Shown: positions 58,567-64,000 of the stretch, one piece after another
Layout: each line of letters opens with the position of its first letter
How positions within the stretch are numbered: the stretch's first letter is position 1
NCBI RefSeq assembly: GCF_009914755.1
Contig: NC_060929.1
Source of the DNA: the human T2T-CHM13v2.0 reference genome, Homo sapiens
Length of the DNA stretch: 64,000 nt
Strand: one strand, 5' to 3'
Made by a program: the position numbers and the translations under genes
Notes under the pieces: generated by a model
Told to the model about the DNA's origin: nothing
What the model saw: the letters and a program-made list of their open reading frames with translations, nothing else
Databases searched by the model: none

Positions 58567-58654
58567 AGTACTTGGACTTTTATTCTCTCTTTTGGCTTAT
58601 TTATTTCTCTGTCTACCCTCAGTAATTCTGACTCATTGGAAATTGCAAAGTCTT

Positions 58655-59328
<674 letters not shown>

Positions 59329-59749
59329 TAACAGTTCCATCCAATAATATATCAGTGGACTGTATATGGAATGTAGGACACTGGTTTGCAATGTAAAAAC
59401 CATTTGTTCTATAAAGGTTCTAAGATTTTAGGGAATTTTTAGGGGATGTCAACTATGCTTGGAATGAACAGGAAAGCATGGCTTCACTAGATCTTGTAAA
59501 ATAAGGTGATGATCAGGAAGAATAAACAACCAGTGAAGCATCATAAAACTATATAAAGTGTAATTGCTCTTTATATTTGAAAGCAAAAAGTTATACTGTG
59601 AACAAAACATTAAGGGGATAGGAGCAAGAGAACATTGGGAGGCAGTATTTTACAGTGGGGAAAGCACTAGAGGAGACAGAATTTTCAGATTCTCTTTCCA
59701 GCTTTGCTGCTAAACAGTGACATAATGTAACTGCTCAGAGCCTCAGCTA

Positions 59750-60240
59750 GCAGAATTATTCAATTTTTCTGTTGTACTTTATTGAGCATATCCTCTGCAT
59801 CAGCACTATTCTGCAGCAGGGGAATCAGCGGTGAACAAGGTATGCAAAGTCCCTGCCCTCAAGGAGTTTACATTATAATATGGTGACAATGATTCAGCCA
59901 GCCAATACACAGGGTAGGAGCTCCACAAAGACAAGTAAGTCCTTGTGAGGAGATAGAGTGGGATGTGGACTGGGAGTCAGCGATGGCATCTTTTTAAAGA
60001 TGGCATTCATATTTGCGCTGAGAAATGAATTAAGACTGGTTGATGGGTTGAATGTCAGGCTGAGAGGGAAAAAGAGGAGTCATGGGTGGCCTCAGGAGTT
60101 TTGGCCTGGGCAATGCTGTAACATTTGTTTTATTGGAAACACTGTGGGAGGAGCAGGTTTGGGGAAATGTAAGAGTTCATTCTGGGACATACTATGTTTG
60201 AATTGCCTATGATCAAAAGGGAGATGGTAAGAAAGCTGTT
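59750..60240 (-). mobile_element. L2 remnant, antisense
   Basis: TTTATTGAGCA...GGTGAACAAG...GTCCCTGCCCTCAAGGAGTTTACA...GGGAGGAGCAGGTTTGGGG...GAGTTCA. Confidence 0.65.
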
Positions 60241-63200
60241 CCACAAGAGGCTGGGTTGTTTGTCTGAGTTGTAAAATTTATGTGTTGAATTGAATCATCC
60301 ATGAGACCCTTCCAATTCTAATACTCCATGATTCTATGAACCAGAAATCAAAGCGAATGAAAGGAATTGTAGACTTAAGAAATAAAGAATAGGAAAGCAA
60401 ATCAAATAAATTATCAATGGAGAGGAAAGAAACCACTCATTTAGAATGAGGGCAAAGGTAATTGGCCAGCATGGAAGGAGAAACTGGTTAAAGTGGAATA
60501 AGAACAAAATTGTTCTGATAGGTATATCTTTTGTTTTCATATAAGATAAAACAAAATTTCTCAAAGTCACTGATTGGTAGCAAATTTCTTGTTATCAAAT
60601 GACATTATCATATAATCTCTTATACACGAGTGAATGGTTTTTCAAACTGCTTTAATTATATAAAGTGTTGATTGAATGAAATAGTTCCATAACAGTCTGT
60701 GTCCCAGGAATGAGTTCAATAAATACATACCTATTACATATGTCTTGTGCAGTTCTTCAACATTTTCACTGAAACGGCAAATCTGACTTTATCTCTGAAT
60801 ATGACACCTTCTCCTTGGGAGCCCCAAGGCAGCACAGGGATATTAATAATTCATAAAACACCACTATTTCATTTTAAAAAGAATCAGGGAGTTTACAAAG
60901 ATAAAAGACAATCACATGCATTTCCATCTCATATTCCTAATAAAGTATATTTTACTGGCCAAGAAACTGACAGGTATGGGTGATGGGATAGATGCCCACA
61001 AGTGAATATACTCATATTTGTGCCTTCTTATAGTTTCCATGACTACAGGTCTAGCTGAATTGCATTAGTCACACACAGCACTGAGAAAGAACAAAAGGAA
61101 ATGGAAGAATAAATGGCATAAAAATGTCACAGAAAGGTAAAAGTGATCACAGATTTTATTTTGAAGGGACACAGTCTCCAACATCAAGACCTCTCTGCTT
61201 TAGTCCACCTCCTTAAATAGGAGATGTTTCTAGTTGGGTCTGGCAAATCTTTATAAGGATAACAAGATTTTAAAAATGAAAGTAAGTAGCATTATTGTAT
61301 GTTATAAATTAATTTATTAGTGGCTATGTACTAATTAGGACATACAGAAAATTCTAACATATTCACAGAAACGTTAGCTTAGACTGCCCAAAGGAAAAAA
61401 TGTCAAATGAACTGATTTTCTTGGTTTTATTCAAATTATCTCATTGTATCAGAGATATTAATATAGGTGAGTTACTGGCTTTTATTTAAAATATATAAAT
61501 AAATAAAACTACTTTAAATATCAACAAAGGCTTATTTGCCTATTTAGATATAAGTACTTTCCTAAAAAGTAAAATAAAAGTTGATGGTGGTTCCTAAACA
61601 AAACTTCTCATCTTCTGACACAGTGCTGACACGAAAATATAAAAATCAACCTGATCCCTCAAAGAATGTCAAGATTCCCTTGTAGATGCTTCTCAAGCTG
61701 GTAATTATTTATTTTCACAATTATGTGATTAATGGCAAACTGAAAGCTTTATAAGGAACACTGCCTAGATTTTCCTATCATTCTCACCACCTCACCTCAA
61801 ATAGTGAACTAAGCTCAATAGATACTTGATGACCGAGTGAATAAATGAAGGAAGGAAGGGTTGCATGAATGAATGAAGGTAAATGTAATCTTGGCAATCA
61901 CTTCACTTCTATTATTTTTCATCTTACTTATTGAAGCTACCAAAGTAAAATAATAACAGTAAGTACAGGACATACCATGGTTTGAGATTCTCAAGTAAAA
62001 TAAACATCAATGTCAAATTTGTATAACAAATTTTTAGTGCAAAAATTAAAGCAAAGAACTTTTACAACTTTTTCAAGGTTTTAAACTTTGAAGGAATCTT
62101 AGAATCATGGTGTTCTCCATCATAAAGCTGTATACCTATTTCACATTTTATAGACAGCCAAGGATGTTAAGACGCCACTTCCCTCTCTGATAGTTTCTAA
62201 TTCAGTTGATCTTGACACGATTGTCTTCATAAGCTTATACAACCAGCATTTATGTTTATTTTTCTTTCTCCAGCTCTGTTTCCCATCCACTCTTGATTCA
62301 CATCTCTCTCCTTCCTTTTCCCCATTCTTGCTCATTATTTTCTCTCCTTCCTAGTTTCTTCCAGTCCCAAAGATGTGTGTGGGACTGGAAGATGGAAGAT
62401 GTAGATGTCATGTCCAAATGAACTAAATATTCACACACATCTAAATATTTGCATTTCAAGTTAGAATTATAAGGAATGGATTAGGAAAATACAGGTTTAG
62501 AGGGTAGCCTAATGGTAGAATTACCTCATTTGCAATCTGTTGGGGGTATATGTGGGCCTTCTTTGCATATTTGAAATAATACTTCATAGAAGCAAACTAT
62601 GCTGGTCACTAGAAAAAAATAAAAAGTTTTTTTGAACTGATTTGCCCACAACACCTTCAATTTCTCCTGGGCCAATACTCTACTACCCTTAGGCTATGAG
62701 GGCAGGTGATAATTCTATTAATTAAAGGCAGTTTTGATCTGGAAAGTAGATCACTTAGACTTCGTAAGGGCCAGTCAAGGTCTTAAACTCTTTCTTGATG
62801 GTATTGGCCATTAATTCTGCAGCTCTGTGTCAAGTGAGGGAGTTTCTCAGCTCCACCAGGCTTCCCCTGCGTCACTACTGCAGCCTGTTTCCTGCTCACC
62901 TTGGCCTCTGCGGGAACCCAGTTAAGCACTTGGCAACTCTCCATCCATGTGGATGTGGATGTCTCACAACAACTTCCACCCCTCTCCTCCCCACCCACTC
63001 ACAGTGAGCAAAGGTGCAAAGATGACCTCTGATTTTCCCATAGGGACTTAGGTGCACCTAGATTGAATCTGGCATAGATCGTAATTAGTTTGCCATAAAT
63101 ACTGGACGTCTAAAATGAGAAATAAAAGAATACTTTTCTGACCATTGTTTAACAATTGCATGCATTGGAAACAATACAAAACAACCATGTCCCTCGATCT

Positions 63201-63465
63201 AGTTCTTTGCACAATTGCTGACAGTTAGAAATCATTTAACAAAAATCTCTTGAATTAATGAATCTCTAAAACTGAAGCTATGGGGTTTGAAAGGTATGGA
63301 GTAATAGGAGAGACAGAGAAAAGGGAATAATAGAATACTGGATTACCAAAAATAGCAAGAAATATTTAATAAGTAAATAAAATATACTTTATTTTTTTCA
63401 TAGTAGATCTTTTCCTGTGAAGGCCCCCAAAGATTTGAGGATTAATCTGCCTGTATAAAAGCATT

Positions 63466-63826
63466 TGTATTAGTCCATTCTCACACTGCTATAAAGATCC
63501 TATGTGAGACTGGATAATTTACAAACAAAAGAGGTTTAATTGACTCACAGTTCCATATGACTGAGGAGACCTCAGAAAACTTACAATCATGGTGGAACGA
63601 AAACGGGAAGCAAGGTACATCTTATATGGCAGCAGGTGAGAGAGAGAGAGTGAAGAAGAAGTGCCACACTTTTAAATCATCAGATCTTGTGAGAACTCAC
63701 TTATTATCGCAAGAACAGCATGGGGGGAACTGCCCTTAAAATCCTCCCACCAGGTCCCTCCCTCAACATGTGGGTATTACAATTCAAGATGAGATTTGGG
63801 TGGGGACACAGAGCCAAACCATATCA
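63466..63826 (-). mobile_element. THE1D-like MaLR solo LTR
   Basis: TGTATTAGTCCATTCTCACACTGCTATAAAGA...GAGCCAAACCATATCA; perfect 5-bp TSD GCATT at 63461-63465 and 63827-63831. Confidence 0.93.
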
Positions 63827-64000
63827 GCATTTATTGGGCAAAACTTACCTTAGTGCATGCCCAAAATTGGGCAATACAGAAACATATGACAGATTTTTCT
63901 CATAAGGAATTTATAATCTATGTGAAAAGATAATATTAACCACATGAAATAATTATATGTAAACTGCATTTCAAAATGCATAGTTCTGAATACAACAGGA

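Overview
AT-rich, repeat-dense non-coding DNA from a primate genome; AluY, L1PA3/L1PA4-type elements and THE1 LTRs point to human or another ape. I recognise no host protein-coding exon, RNA gene or CRISPR array. The long ORFs are L1 fragments, Alu-derived frames or low-complexity artefacts. Main content: a full-length but inactivated L1PA4-like element (10372-16501, TSD AAAAAGGTTCA) with an open antisense ORF0, a second L1 3' end about 190 bp downstream, about 13 Alu/FLAM copies, MaLR and ERVL solo LTRs, MER DNA-transposon relics, and L2/MIR/L1M fossils. I found no evidence of a new multi-gene system. The most unusual signals are structural: an AluJ with an inverted copy of itself inside its own purine tail, a 44-bp-arm quasi-palindrome around an AT microsatellite, a tail-less 376-bp L1 5'UTR fragment carrying the ZNF93-bound segment, a possible gene-conversion tract between two tandem L1 3' ends, and a few motif-dense repeat-free stretches. 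Subfamily calls come from remembered consensus diagnostics, and boundaries of old repeats are approximate.
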